Below, one piece after another: positions 40,771 to 57,000 of a stretch of DNA of 64,000 nucleotides (position 1 is the first letter of the stretch; every line of letters begins with the position of its first letter). The notes beneath the pieces are model-generated. The model was not told where the DNA came from, did not search any database, and worked only from the letters and a program-made list of their open reading frames with translations. The translations under genes were made by a program, and so were the position numbers. The stretch lies in NCBI RefSeq assembly GCF_009914755.1, contig NC_060947.1. The stretch is one strand, 5' to 3'. The stretch comes from the human T2T-CHM13v2.0 reference genome, Homo sapiens.

Positions 40771-43700
40771 CATTTAGGATTTTAATTCTTATTGCTGCTG
40801 TAACAAATTAGCAAACAGTGATTTAAAATCAAAGAAAGAGGCAGAGCAAGATGACAGAATAGAAGGCTCCACTGATCATCTCCACCACAATGACTAATTT
40901 AACAACTATCTCCACAGAAAAAAACACCTTCATAAAAACCCCAAATCAGGTGACTTCTCACAGTACCTGGTTTTATTTTCATATCACTGGAAGAGGCACT
41001 GAAGAGGTAGAAAAAAAAGTTCTGCATCCCGATGCCACCCCTTCACCACCGCCAACAGCAGCAGTGCGGTGGTAAGAAGAGCATCTCTGGGCACTAGGGA
41101 AGGAAGGGCATGGCAATTGCAAGGCATTGAAATCAGTGCCGTCCTGTTACAGCACAAAGGAAAGTCTGATCAAACTCAGCTGATGCCTGTCCATGAAGGG
41201 AGCATTTAAAGCAGCCCCAGCCAGAAGGGAATCTCTAATACCAGCAGTTGGAAGGTGAGTTCCTTCAAACCTCGCCACCAAGGGCTAAACTACTCTGGGT
41301 CTGTAAGAAAACTTGAAAGGCAATCTAGGCCATAAGGACTGCCACTCTTAGGTGATTCCTAGTGCTGAACTGGGCCGAGAGACAGTGGACTAGGAGAGCA
41401 GGTGACTTACTGAGACTTCAGCCCAGCTGGGCCAGCTAAGGGAGTGCTGGCATCACCCCTCTCCTAACCCCAGGTTGCATAGCTCATGGGTCCAAAAGAG
41501 GCCTCTTCCTTTTGCTTCAGGTGAGGAGAAGGAAGAGTGGGGAGGACTTTGTCTTGTATCTTGGATACTGGCTCAGCCCCAGCAGGATAGGGCACCGGCA
41601 AGGGTTTGGAGGACCCCATTCCAGGCACTAGCTCCTGGATGACTTTTCTAGACACACTGTGAAATAAAAGAAAATGTGTTGACTTTAAGGGAAAGACTCA
41701 GTCCTGGCAGCATTCATCAACTGGTAAATAAAAAGCCCTTGGGCCTTGAATAACCAGCAGGGATACTCAAGTACTACCTTGATTACTTTGAGTGAGCTCT
41801 AAAACTTGCTGGCTTAAGGCGAGACTCAGCACATTACCAGCTGTGGTGGCTACAAGGCAAAACTCCTTCTGCTCAAGCAAAGGGAAAAGAAAGGAGACTT
41901 TGTCTTGCACCTTAGGCACCAGCATGGCCACAGGAGGGTAGAGCACCAAATGAGCACTTGAGGCCCTGATTCCAGGATTTGATACTTGAGCAGCATATCT
42001 GCACCTGCCCTGGGCCACAGGGGAGCCCACTGTCCCAAAAGAGTAAGTTCTATGCCAGGCAGCATTTACCACAAGATGACTTAATAGCGCTTGGGATTTA
42101 AGGTTGCATCAGTGGTAGTCTGACAGTATTCCCCATGGCCTGTGGTGGGGGTGGCTAGGCATTTTGTGGCTTGAGTGTCACCTCAGCTGCAGTACAATAG
42201 AACACTGGTGGATTTCTAAAGCTTTTGACTCTAGTAGTTTCTGACTCCCAGCTGCCACCTGGACCCACTCAGGGCCTGGGATAACTTGTTGCCCTAAAGG
42301 AAAAAAGACAGGCCTGGCTTCCTTTGCCATCTGCTCATTGTAGGTACCCAGGTCCTTGAACAAATATATGCAGTAGTCAGGGAGGAGTTACAACAGGCCT
42401 TGAGTGAGACTCAGTATTGTGCTGGCTTCAGGTCTGATGCAGTGTAGTCATAGTGGTGTTGACCACAGGTGTGCCAGATGTCACTCCATCGCCAGCTTTA
42501 TGTCACTTAGAACAGAGAGAGAGAGCGAGACTTTGTTTGGTGGACAACAAGTGAAGAGAACAACAACCTTTGCCTGGTAATCCAGAGAACCTGTCCAGAT
42601 CTAGTCTAAGAACAACAAGGTGGTATCTCCAAGAGTCTGCAAGAACCACAGAGTTCCTGAGCTTGGGTTTCCCTCTAAAGCAGGTAAAGCTTAGATCACA
42701 TCACCCAAGTTCTTTCAAATATCTGGAAAGCCTTTCCAAAAGGGACAGGTACAAACAAGCCCAGACAGTGAAGACTAAAATAAGTATGTAACTCTGCAGC
42801 ACCCAGACACCAAAGAGCATCTGCTTACATCAACACTATCCAGGAAAACATGACCTCACCAAATGAAATAAATAGAGACCAATCTTGAAGAAGGAGGTAT
42901 GTGACATTTCAAACAGTTAATTCAAAATAACTGTGTTGAGAAAACTGAAAGAGACTCAACATAACACAGAGAAAGAATTTAGAATTCTATGAGGTAAACT
43001 TAACAAAAACTTTGGGATAATTAAAAAGAATCAACCAGAAATTCTGGAGCTGAAAAATTCAATTGTCATACTGGAGAACATATCAGAACCTTTTAATAGT
43101 GGACTCGATCAAGCAGAAGAAAGAATTAGTGAGTTTTAAGAGCTATTTGAAAATGCAGTCAGAGGAGACAAAAGAAAAAAGAATAAAATACAACGAAGCA
43201 TTCCTATATGATCTAGAAAATACCCTCAAAAGGGCAAATCTAAGAGTTATTTAGCCATTAAGTGAAGGTAGAGAAAGAGATAGAATTAGAAAGTTTACTT
43301 TAAAAGATAACAGAGAAATTCCCAAACCTAGAGAAAAATATCAACATCCAAATACAAGAAGGTTATAAAACACCAGACAGGTTTAACCCATGAAGACTAT
43401 CCCCAGGCATTTAATAATCAAATTCTCAAATATCAAGAATTTTTTTTTTACAAAAGGATCCTAGAAACAGCAAGAGAAAAGAAACAAATTACATACAGTG
43501 GAGCTCCAATATGACGGACAGCAGACTTTTTAGTAGAAACCTTAGGGTCCAGAAGAGAGTAGCATGCCATCTTTAAAGCGCTGAAGTAAAAAACAAAAAC
43601 AAAAACAAAAACTTTTTACCCTAGAATAGTATACGTGGCAAAAATATCCTTCAAACATAAACGAAAAACAAAGACTTTCCTAGACAAACAAAAGCTAAGG

Positions 43701-44216
43701 GATTTAATCAACACCAAACCTAGCCTACAAGAAATGCTAAAGGGAGTACCTCAATCAGAAAGAAAAGGATGTTAATGAGCAAAAAATAATCACCTGAAGG
43801 TACAAAACTCACTGGTAATAGTTAAGTACACACACAAAAAAACACATAATATTATAACACTGTAACTCTGGTGAGTAAACTCTCTTGTCCTAAGCACAAA
43901 GACTAAATAATAAACCAATCAAAAATAATAACTTTTCAAGACACAGACAGTACAAGAAGATATAAATCAAAACAACAAAACATAAAAGAGGAGGAACAAA
44001 GTTAAGACGTAGAATTTTTATCGGCTTTCTTTTGGCTTGTTTCTTTATGTTATAGTGTTAAGTTGTTATCAGCTTAAAATAATAGGTTATAATATAATAT
44101 TTGCAAGCCTCATGGTAACTTCAAACTAAAAAACACACAATGGATGCACAAAAAAATTAAAAGCAAGAAACTAAAACATATTACAAGAGAAAACCACCTT
44201 CACTAATGGAAAATAT

Positions 44217-44376
44217 GGAAGAAAGAAAGAAAGAGAGAGAGGGAGGGAAGGAGAGGGCGAGGGAGGGGGAAGGGGAGGGGGGAAGGGGGAGGGGAGAGGG
44301 GAGGGGGGGAGGGGGAAGAAGGTGGGAGGGGGAAGGGGAGGAGAGGAGAGGAGAAGAGAGGAGAGGAGGAGAAAGA
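44217..44376 (+). repeat. GA-rich polypurine tract
   Basis: ~160 bp almost entirely G and A, with many G3-G7 runs. Confidence 0.9.
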
Positions 44377-44474
44377 CCGCAAAGCAACCTTAAAGCAAAC
44401 AAACAACAACAAAAAGTGGCAGGAGTACGTCCTTACTTATCAATAGTAACATTGAATATTAATGTACTAAACTC

Positions 44475-44827
<353 letters not shown>

Positions 44828-47384
44828 CTAAACTCACCAATCAAAAGGCATAGACTGCCTGAATGAATGAAAAAAAAAAAATGACCCATTGAGCTGCTGC
44901 CTATAAGAAACACACTTCACCTATAAAGACATATATATCCTGAAAACGTAGGGATGGAAAAATATTTCATGCCAATGGAAACCAAAATATAGCAGGAGTC
45001 GCTATATTTATATCAGACAAAATAAATTTTCAGACAAAAACTATAAGAAGAGACAAATAAAGTCACTATATAATGATAAAGGGGTCAATTCAGCAAGAGG
45101 ATATAACAAATTTAAATAAATATGGTCCCAACACTGAAGCAACCAGATAGAATTAAAAAATATCATCAGAGCTTAAAGAGAGACAAAAGTTTGAATACCA
45201 CAATAGCTGGAGACTTCAACATCACACTTTTCAGCATTGAACAAATCTTCCAGACAAAAAAGAAGCATCAGACGTAATCTGCACTATAGAACAAATGGAT
45301 ATAATATGTATTTACAGAACATTTCATCCAATGGCTGCAGAATACACATTCTTTTCCTCAGCACATGGATCTATGTTAGGTATAGTATAGACCACATGTT
45401 AGGTCACAAAACAAGTCTTAAAACACTCAAAAAAATTCAAATTGCATCAGCCATCTTCTCTTACCACAATAAAATAAAACTAGAAATTAAAAACAAGAGG
45501 AATTTTTGAAACTATACAAATACATGCTTGTGAATGACAAGTGGGTCAATAAAATATTAAGAAAAAATTGAAAAAATTGAAACAAATGATAATGGAAAAA
45601 AGCATACAAAAACCTATGGTATATGGCAAATGCAATAAAAGGGCATTGAATAGCTACAAGTGCCTACATCAAGAAAGAGGAAAAACTTCAAATAAACAAT
45701 CTAATGATGCATCTTAAAGAACTGGAAAAGCAACAGCAAACCAAACCCAAAATTAGCTGAAGAAAAGAAAAAATAAAAATCAAAACAGAAATAAAGGAAA
45801 TTGACATAAAGAAAACAATACAATAGATAATGAAACGTGAAACATAAAAATGGTTTATTGTAAAACAAAATTGACAAATTTTAACCAGACTAAGAATAAA
45901 AGAGAGATGATCCAAATAAATAAACTCAGACATATAAAAGTAGATGTTACCACTGATATTACAGTAATTAAAAGAAGCGTTAGTGTCTCCTATGAGCAAC
46001 TATGTAACTATGGATTGGAAAATCTTGAAATGGATAAACTCCTAGACACATACCACAATCAAAATAAGAAGAAATCCAAAACCTGAACAGACTAACAAGA
46101 AGCAACAAGATCAAAGCCATAATAAAAAGTCTTCCAGTAAAGAAAAGCCCGGGACCCTATGGCTTCACTGCTGTATTCTACCAAACATTTAAATAAGAAC
46201 TAATACCAATCCCATTCAAACTATTCCGGAATATAGAGGAGGAGGAAATACTTCTCAACTCATTATATGAGGTCAGTATTGCCCAAAACCAGAGAAAGAC
46301 ACATTCAAAAAAGAAAACTACGGGCCAATAACTCTCATGAATACTGATGCAAAAATCCTCAAAAAAATACTTGCAAACCAAATTCGACAATACTTCAGAA
46401 AGATCACTCATCATGACCAAGCGGGATTTATCCCTGGGATGCAAGAATGACTCAACATATGCAAGTCAATCAGTGTGATACATCATGTCAACATAATGAA
46501 GGATAAAACAATATGATCCTTTCAATATATGCTGAAAAAGCATTTGATAAAATTCAACATCCCTTTATGATGAAAAAAAAACCTTCAAAAACTGGTTATT
46601 AAAGGAACACACCTCAACATAATATAAGCCATATATGACAGACCCATAGCTAGTGTCATAATGAATGAGGAAAAACTGAGTCTTTATGAGATTGGAAGAT
46701 GATAAGGATGCCCACTTTTGCCAGTGTCATTCAACATAGTATGGAAGCCCTAGCTAGAGTATTCAGACAAGGGAAAAAAATAAAAAGCATCTAATCTGGA
46801 AAGGAAGAAGTCAAATGTATCTTGTTTGCAGATGATATGATCTTATACTTGGAAAATCCTAAAGACTACAGAAGAAAATGATTAGAACTGATATGTTCAG
46901 TAAATTTGTAAGATACAAAATCAATGTACAAAAATCAGTAGCATTTCTATATGCCAACACTGAACAATCTGAAAAAGAAAAAGTAATCTCATTTACAATA
47001 GCCACACATAAATTCAAATACCTAGAAATTAACCAAAGAAGTGTAAGTAGATACAATGAAAGCTATAAAACATTGATAAAAGAAATTGAAAAAAAAATTC
47101 TATGTTCCTGAATTAAAAGAATTAATACTGTTAAAATGTCCATACTACCCAAAAGCAATCTACAGATTCAAGGCAATCCCTATTGAAATCCCAATGACCT
47201 TTTTCACAAAAATATTTTTAAAAAATTCTAACATTTATATAGAGCCACAAAAGACCCAGAATAGCCAAAACAATCCTGAATAAAAGGAACAAAACTGGAG
47301 GAATCAAATTACCTATTTTTAAATTATACTACACAGCTATAGCAACCAAAGCAGCATGGTACTTGCATAAAAACAGACACATAG

Positions 47385-47655
47385 GGCCAGGTGCGGTGGC
47401 TCACGCCTGTAATCCCAGCACTTTGGGAGGCCAAGGCGGGTGGATCACGAGGTCAGGAGATCAAGACCATCCTGGCTAACACGGTGAAACCCCGTCTCTA
47501 CTAAAAATACAAAAAAGTAGCTGGATGCGGTGGTGGGCGCCTGTAGTCCCAACTACTCGGGAGGCTGAGGCAGGAGAATGGTTTGAACCTGAGAGGCAGA
47601 GCTTGCAGTAAGCCGAGATTGCGACTCCGTCTCAAAAAAAAAAAAAAAAAAAAAA
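47385..47655 (+). mobile_element. AluY with a ~30-bp deletion near the 3' end
   Basis: AluY diagnostics; GAGATTGCGACTCCGTCTC junction; TSD ending CAGACACATAG. Confidence 0.93.
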
Positions 47656-48163
47656 GGCAGACACATAGAAGAGTGAAATATAATAGAGAACACAGAAACA
47701 ATCCACACATCTACAGTGAACTAATTTTCAACAAAAGTGCCAAGAATATACACTGGGGAAAAGATAGTCTTTTACATCAGTGGTGCTGGGAAAACTAGAT
47801 GTCCACATACATAAGAATAAAACTAGAACACTGTCTCTCACCATATACAAAAATCAAATCAAAACGGATTAAAGACTTAAATCTAAGATCTCAAACTATG
47901 TAACTACCAAAAGAAAACTTTGGGAAAAATTTCCAAGACATTGGTCAGGGCAAGTATTTCTTGAGCAATACTCCACATGTACAGGTAACCAAAGCAAACA
48001 TGGACAAATGGCATCACATCAAGTTAAAAAGCCTCTGCACAGCAAAGGACACAGTCATGAAAAGAAGAGACAACCCACAGAGTGTGAGAAAATATTTGCA
48101 AATTACTCATCTGACAAGGGATAAATAACCAAAATATATAAGAAGTTCAAAGAACTCTACAGG

Positions 48164-48215
<52 letters not shown>

Positions 48216-49254
48216 AATAATAGTTCTACTAAAAACTGGGCAAAGGATATGAATAGATATTTCTCAAAAGAAAACATACAAATGACAAATAAGCATAGGA
48301 AAGGGTGCCCAACATCAGTGATTATCAGAGAAATCCAAATCAAAACTACATTATCTCATCTCAGTTAAAATCGCTTATATAAAAAAAGCCCAAGCAGTAA
48401 CAAATGCTAGTGAGGATGTGGAGAAAAGGGAACTCCTGTAAGCTGTTGTTGAGAATGTAAATTAGTACAACCACTATGAATAACAGTGTAGAGGTTCCTC
48501 AAAAAACTAAAACTAGAGCTACCATATAATCCAGTAATCCCACTGCTGGGTATATACCCAAAAGATAGGAAATCAGTACATTGAAGAGATATCTGCACTC
48601 TCATGTTTGTTGCAGCACTGTTCACAGTAGCTAAGATTTGGAAGCAACCTAAGTGTCCATCAGCAAATGAACAGGTAAAGAAAATGTGGTGCATATACAC
48701 AATAAAGTACTATTCAGCCGTAAAAGATAATGAGATCCTGCCACTTACAACATGGATAGAAATGGAGATCATTACGTTAAGTCAAATAAGCCAGGTACAG
48801 AAAAACAAATATCATATGTTTTCACTTATTTGTAAGATCTAAAAGTCAAAACAATTGAACTCATGGAGAAAGAGAGTAGAAGGATGATTACTAGAGGTGG
48901 GGAAGTGTAGTGAGGAGTTGGGGAAAGGTGGCAAAGGTTTATTGGCACAAAAAAAATTAAAGTATAAACAAGGTCTAGTATTTTATAGCACAACAGGGTG
49001 ACTACAGTTGATAATATTTTTCATCTTAAAATAACTAAAAGAAGGTAACTGGATTGTTTGTAACACAAAGGGAAAATGAATTGATTGATACATCGTTCTC
49101 CATGATGTGATTATTTAATACTGCATGCTTGCATCAAACCATCTCATGTACCTATAAATATATACACCTACTATATACCCACGAAATTAAAACAAAAGAT
49201 ACAAAAAATAAAACAACCCAAATTTCACCACAAAATACCCCAAATTGCTAAAAA

Positions 49255-49287
<33 letters not shown>

Positions 49288-49925
49288 ATCCTGCACAAAA
49301 AAAAAAGCAATGCTGGAACAATGCTGGAGGTATTGCACTGCCTGATATCAAACTGTACTACAAAGTTGTCATACCCAAAACAGCACGTCATACAAACCAG
49401 ACACAGAACAATGGAACAGAATAGATAACACATAAATAATCCATGAACTTACAGCCAACTCATTTTCAGCATTGCACCAAGAACATACATTGGAGAAAGA
49501 ACAGCCTTTTTAATAAAATGATGCTGGGAAAACTGAATATCTCTTTCAAAAGAATAAAACTAGATCCCCATCTTTTGATATGTAAAACTAGTAAACTCAA
49601 AATGGACTAAAGACTTAAATGCTAGGCATAAAAATTCGAAACTAATATTTTTAGGGTAAAATCTCAAAAGAACAGAAAACAAAAGCAAAAATAGACAATT
49701 GTAATGACCTCAAAATAAAAAGCTTTCACACAGAAAAACACACACATGTAAACACACACACACACACACACAACAAAAAACAAAAAACAATTAACATGGT
49801 GAAGAGATTACCTGCAAAATTGGATTACATGTTAACAAACTATATAACAAGATATTAATAACCAGAATATATAAGGTACTCAAACTCAATAGCAAAAATA
49901 ATAATCCCTTTAAAAAGTAAACAAA

Positions 49926-50249
<324 letters not shown>

Positions 50250-51166
50250 TCAAAAAAGACATGCAAATGGCTAAGCTGTATGAAAAAATACTCAACACTA
50301 ATCATCAGGAAAACGCAAATCAAAACCACAATGAAATGTCTCACCTTACCTAGAATGGAAATCATAAAAAAAAAAAAAAAAATTACAAATGCTGGCGAAG
50401 ATGTGAAGAAAACAGAATGCTCCTACACTTTTGGTGGGAATGTAAAGTAGAACAGCCATTATGGAAAACGATATTGAGGTTCCTCAAAAAACTAAAAATA
50501 GAACTACCATAAGAAACTCACTGCGAGGCATTATATATCCAAAGGAAAGAAAATAAGTATATAAAAGAGATATCTTTACTCTCATGTTTTCTTGCAGTAC
50601 TATTCACAGTAGCCAAGATCTGAAATCAACCTGTGTCCATCAATGAATGAATGGATAAGGAAATTGTTATATATATATATACAATGAATATTATTAAAAT
50701 AATTTTAAATAAAATAGTAGAATCCTGTCATTTTTAGCAACATGGATGGAACATAAAGACATTATGTTAAGTGAAAAAAGTCAGGCACAGAAAGACAAAT
50801 ACTGTATATTCTCATTCATAAGCAGAAACTAGGAAAGTGGATCTAATAAAGACAGAGAGTAAATGGGGTTATCAGAGGCTGTGAAGAAAAGGAAAGTGAT
50901 AAAGAGAAATTGGTTAATGGGTACAAAAATACAGTTAGGAGTAAGTCCTATTGTTGGATAGTACAATAGAAAATTATGGTTAACAATAATTTCTTGTATA
51001 TTTCAAAATAGCTAGAAGAGAAGAATTGCAGTGTTCCTGACACAAATAAAAGGTAAATATCTGAAGTGATGAATATCACACTTACCCTGATTTAATTATT
51101 ATGTATTGTATACAGATATCAAATTATCACATGTACCACAAAAATATGTACAGTTATGATGTACAA

Positions 51167-51461
<295 letters not shown>

Positions 51462-51548
51462 ATAAATTTTTTTAAGAATAAAAAAAACCCACAAAAATAT
51501 GTACAGTTACGACGGATAAATTTTTTAAACAGTAAAAACATAAAGAAA

Positions 51549-51985
51549 CCCAAATTTTTATCTTATAGCTCTGGTGCTCAGAAGTTCAAAATGAATCTTA
51601 CTGGGCTAAAATCAATATGCTGGTGGAGAAGTGCTATTTCTTGGGACTCTAGGGAAGAACCTCCTTACATTTTCTAGCATCTAGGGATTACTTACATTCC
51701 TTGGTTTCTGGGTCTTTCCTCCATCTACAAAACCAGCAATATTAGCATCTTTCTCCCATTTTTTTCTCTCTGTGTTTCTGTTGTCACATCTTTTTGGCTC
51801 TTTTAGGGATATTTTTGATGACATTAGGACCACTGGGATATTGCAGGACAATGGCCTCATCCTAATGCCCTTAATTTAATCACATATATATTTAAAGTCA
51901 CTTTTGCTATGTAAGGCATCATATTTATACATTCCAGGGATTAAGATGTGGATGGTTTAGGGAGGGAATTATTTTGTCTACCACA
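51549..51985 (-). mobile_element. MLT1C/D LTR, main part; its other end lies at 40778-40830
   Basis: TCTTATAGCTCTGGTGCTCAGAAG...GGATTAAGATGTGGA...TCTACCACA; 40778-40830 carries TATTGCTGCTGTAACAAATT. Confidence 0.7.
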
Positions 51986-53072
51986 ACTGATCTAGGAGGA
52001 TCTCACTTGAGATTATTTGTTTCTGCTCCATATGTTTTTATCTTTTAGTAAGCTCTCCCAGACTTTTTCACATGATAGAGGTAGAGATTCCAACGGTAAG
52101 AACCTAAGCCCCAATGATCAAGTGCTTTTTAAGCCTCAGATTTGATAAAGTCTAACTGTCAAATCAAATCACAGAACCAACCCCAAAGTCAATATGGAAG
52201 AGAGTGTACAAGGACATGGTTATAGGGATATAGGGAGGAAAAAATAATTTGGCACAATTACTAAAAATTTAAAACAGTACAGTAATTTATATTGAGTTAC
52301 TTTCTCTCAGAACTTTGATATGATTTCACTGTATTCTAGCTGTTAATGTTTTAAAGAAGTTGTAATTACAATTATTGTTTCTTTTTAGATACCCTTTCTT
52401 TCCAAATGCTTGGGTGTGCTGTGGTTTCTAGACCTGTAGTCCTGTCTTTATCAGTTCTAGAAAATTTTTCAGCCATTATCTTTTTAAATATTGCTTCCCC
52501 TTAAATTATTTCAGTTCTTTTTTTTTTAAAAAGTGCTCTTTTATTTAAGTGAATAATTAGTGTTTACATTGTTATTATGTTTACATTGTTAGTTGTAGCA
52601 CCAATTAGTGACTGTGATTACATTTGTTTTGTTTTATGGCATTTTCATTTTTCTGGAATTATTAATAGCCTGATTTTCAATTGTGCCATTTCAATTTTGC
52701 AATTTGCAATCTACATATTAAAAACTCTTCCCCAGTTTTTTCTGATATCAAAGGCTTTTCTTGAGTCTCTCTTTCCTCTAGATTCTTTACTTCTAAAGCC
52801 CTTGGCCGTCTTGATCTAATCTAATTAATCAAATTTGCAACTTCTTTCTTTTGTCTCTGTGACTTTAAAGCCAAGTGTCAATTGAGACATGTTATTATGT
52901 TTTTGCCATAGTATAAAAATGTATATAAAGACTGTAATATGTTTAAGAGACATGAAAGAAAGCACATATGTATGTGAAAGAAAATAAATTTTCTGAGTCC
53001 TCTAGACATTTGTGTCTCTAATGCCTACTTCTGACAAACTTAGACAATGCCGAAAGCTTTGAATGACTCTTC

Positions 53073-53288
53073 AAAGGCATAATAATGATACATTGGGCTT
53101 TGGGGACTTGGGGAAAGGGTTGGGAGTGGCAAGGGATAAAAGAATACACATTGGGTACAGTGTACACTGCTCGGGTGATGGGTGCATCAAAATCTCAGAA
53201 ATCAACACTAAAGAACTTATTCATGAAACCAAACACCACCTGTTCCCCAAATATCTGTTGAAATAAAAAGATTAAAATAAAAAAAAAA
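53073..53288 (+). mobile_element. L1PB 3'UTR fragment
   Basis: AAAGGCATAATAATGATAC...CACCACCTGTTCCCCAAA and A tail. Confidence 0.85.
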
Positions 53289-53289
53289 T

Positions 53290-54060
53290 TATCGTCTAAC
53301 AATTATCTTTAGAGAGGACCTGAAAGTCAAAAACAAGATGCTAAAAGAACCAATGAAGGACACAAAGAACTCTTGTAAATGAAAAAGATAGTTGTTAAAA
53401 TAAAAATTGTAATGGCAGATTTTGATGATAAAGTTAAAGAAATCTCCCAAAGTACTAGAAAATATTAAAGAAAAGTAAAAGACTTTATCAATCCAGGAGG
53501 TTCAACTTTCACCAGTAAGATTTCCAGAAGGAGAAAATATAGAGAAAAAAATTGTCAGAAAAACAAAAGAACATGTTCTAGATTGAAGGATCTCATGAGA
53601 GCTCTGCAGCATAGATGAGAGAAGACCTAAAACAAAGAGTACCATGAGATTCAAGAAGGTGAATGATAAGAAGAAGGACCGAAATACTTCCCATAACAAT
53701 TAGAAGGAAGAGGTAGAATTTTAAAAAGGAAAATAATGGGTTAGAGCATCACACTTCTCAGCAGCAATTCTGGAAGCCAGCAGAATGACTTTAAAATTCT
53801 GATTGACTATTATTTCCAACTTAAGATTCTATATCCAAATGAGCTGTCAATCAAGTGTGAGGACAAAGAAAAGATTACTATACATGCAAAGACTCATAAA
53901 ATGTACCTTCACAGTGTGTTCCTTCTTAGGGAATGACTGGAAGATGTGCTGCACCAAAACAAGTGAAAAAAACAAAAAATAAAAGGGAAAGCTACAGAAT
54001 CCAGGAAACAAGAAATCCTACCTAAACAGTAATAGAGAAAAATTCTGAGGTGACAGCTGA
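53290..54060 (+). mobile_element. Ancient HAL1/L1ME ORF1-like fragment
   Basis: GAAATCTCCCAAA, CAATCCAGGAGGTTCAAC and TTCTCAGCAGCAATTCTGGAAGCCAG motifs. Confidence 0.5.
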
Positions 54061-54089
54061 GCCTTAGATCTCAAGACATACTCTTTGCT

Positions 54090-57000
54090 TTAGATCTTAA
54101 CACTGTCTTTGTCGCATTCCAGAGATTTTGGTATGTTACATGCCTGTTACCATTTACTTTAAAGAATGTTTTGATTTCGGCTATAACTTCATTGTTTACT
54201 TAAAAGTCATTGAGGAACAAGTTTACTTTCCATGTAATTGTGTGGTTTTGAAAGAGCTCATTGGTATTGATTTCTATTCTTATTCCACTGTGGTCTAAAA
54301 GCATTCTTGATATGATTTTAATTCTTTTGAATTTATTGAGTTGCTTTATAGTCAAGCATGTGGTCAATCTTAGAATACATTCTGTGTTAAGATGAGGAGA
54401 ATGTATATTCTGTGGTTGATGAGTGGATTATGTTGCAGATATCTACTAAATCCAGTTGGTCAAGTGTCAAATTTAAGTACAGAATTTCTTTGTTAGTTTT
54501 CTGCCTCAATAGTTTGTGTAGCTCACTCATTGTGGTGTTGAAGTCCTCCAGTATTATTGTGTGGCTAAGTTTTTTATAGGTTTAGAAGTACTTGTTCTAC
54601 AAATCTGGGGGCTCCAATGTTGGATGTGTATACATTTAGGGTTATTAAGTCATCTTGCTTAACATTTTATCATTATGTAATGCCCTTATTTGTCCCTTTA
54701 TATTGTTGTTGGTTTAAAGTCTGTTTTATCTTTCATAAGAATAGTGACCTCTGCTTTTTGTTGTTGTTGTTTTCTATTTGCATGATAAATCTTTCTCTAT
54801 TTTTTTACTTGGAGCCTATGCATATTGTTACATGTGAGATGCGTCTCTTGAAGACAGCAGACAGTTGAGTCTTGCATTTAATCCAACTTGACACTCTGTG
54901 CCTTTTAATTGGGGTGTTTAGACTATTTACATTCAAAGTTATTATTGATATGTAAAGATTTTATCCTATCTTAATGTTGTTAGGTGGTTTCTTTGTTGTC
55001 TGTATTGTGTAGTTGCTTCATAGGGTCTCCAGACTATGTATTTAAGCGTGTTTATGTGGTAGCAAGTATCATTCTTTTGTTTCCATGCTTAGAACTCCTT
55101 TAGGAATCTTTCATATGGCTGGTCTAGTGGAAACAAATTCCCTTAGGAATTGCCTGTCTGAAAAAGACTTTGTTTCTCCTTCACTTATAAAGGTTAGTTT
55201 AGTGGAATATGAAATTCTTTATTGGATTTTCTTTTCTTTAAGAATGCTGAAAATAAGCCCCCACTCTCTTCTGGTCTGTGAAGTTTCTGCTGAGAAGTCT
55301 GTTTTTACACTAATAGGATTCCCCTTGTAAGGGATCTGATCATTATCTTTGGCTGCCTTTAAGATTTTTTCTTTCACATTGACCTTGAAAATTCTGATAA
55401 CTATTTGCCTTTGTGGTGGTTGTCTTGTATAGTTTATCACAGGATTCTCTTAATTCATTGAATTTGCATGTTGCTCTCTATAATGATTGGGAAAATTTTA
55501 GTGAACTGTATCCTCAAATATGTTTTCCAACTTGCTTACTCTTTCTCCTCCTCTCCCAAGAATGCCAATGCGTCATATATTTGGTCTCTTTACATAATCC
55601 TATATTTCTCAGAAGCTTTTCATCATTTTATAATTCTCTCCTTTTTTTTTGCTTTTGTCTGACTGGGTTGAGTTGAAGGACTTGTCTTTGTGCTCTGAAA
55701 TTCTTTCCTTGGCTTTGTCTATTCTGTTGTTAAGTCTTTCATCTGTATTTGGAAATTCCTGTAGTGAATTCTTTAATTCAGGAAGTTCAGTTTGGTTCTT
55801 CCTGAAAATGGCTATGTCATCTTGCGACTATTGAATAATTTTACTCACTTTATTGGATTGGATTTCCATTTTATCTTTATGTCGTTGAGCTTCCTTCCCA
55901 TCCATATTCTGAATTCTGTGTCTGTCATTTCAGACATTTCAATCTGGTTGGGATTCTTTGCTGTGGAACTACTGTGAATATCTAGAGGTAAGAAAACTCT
56001 CTGACTTCTTGAATTGCTGAAGTTCTTTCACTGGTTCTTTCTCATCGGAGAAGCTGGTGTTCCTTTATCTCTTTGAAATTGCTGTCACTTAAATGAGGTT
56101 TTTTTTTTTGCTTATATATTATACTTTCCCCTTGGTTGTTTGACTATGGTGTATAGCATCTATAGTTGATTAGTTTCATTTCTGGGTGCTTTCTGAGGGC
56201 CAAAGCTCTGTATGAGTTCCATAGTTATGATTGACTTTCTACATTGGGTTTCACAGTGTGAAATGAATTTACTTTTGTTAGTAATGTTGTTCAGGCTGTG
56301 ATCCAGTAGACGGTGCTTAAGAGTAAGGGTCGGCAGATAGGCTCATATACAATAGTGTTCTGGGGAGGGAGAGATGGGGATGTGCGAGAAATAACTCCCT
56401 CCCAAGTCTGTTCCTGGGCCTTGGGGTAACCCCTTTTAATCACTGGTGCTGTGCTCATTTTCTCTTAGCTCCAAGGGGAGCCCTGGCAGCCTGCACTCCT
56501 CCTCCCTTAAGGGTGGCCAGAGCCAAAGTTTAGGTCACCAGGATTCCTGCAACTCAGGGACCCATTGGTTTTCTGAGCTTAGCAAAGACAAAGCAGGTTG
56601 TGGGGTATGTCTGCAGGTGATCTGGTGATATAGTGGGTCAAGGGTGGAGGGTCCTTGTGCAAAGGGATCCCAGTATCTAGCCTGATCAGCTAGTTTTGTC
56701 TCAAACCTTCTGCACTCAGATTGCTGGCATGTTCCAGGTGATCAGGACCATGGGGCTCCCTCAGGCAGAAACTGTGACTGGTCAACAAGCTCCACCTTTC
56801 CCTGACTGGTCTTGCAGAGGGAGGGACATTTAGCTCCCACACCAGCACATGAATCCACACCTCACTCTTCTCTGTGTTCTAAGACTTGGGGTTCCCCCCC
56901 ACACTTGAACTCTAGCCAAAAATCTCAGCTCAATAACTGTGGTTGGTGTGCTCAAACCCTAGGGGGTTGAAACTAGTCCTGTGGCTTTGTCCTCTGCCCT

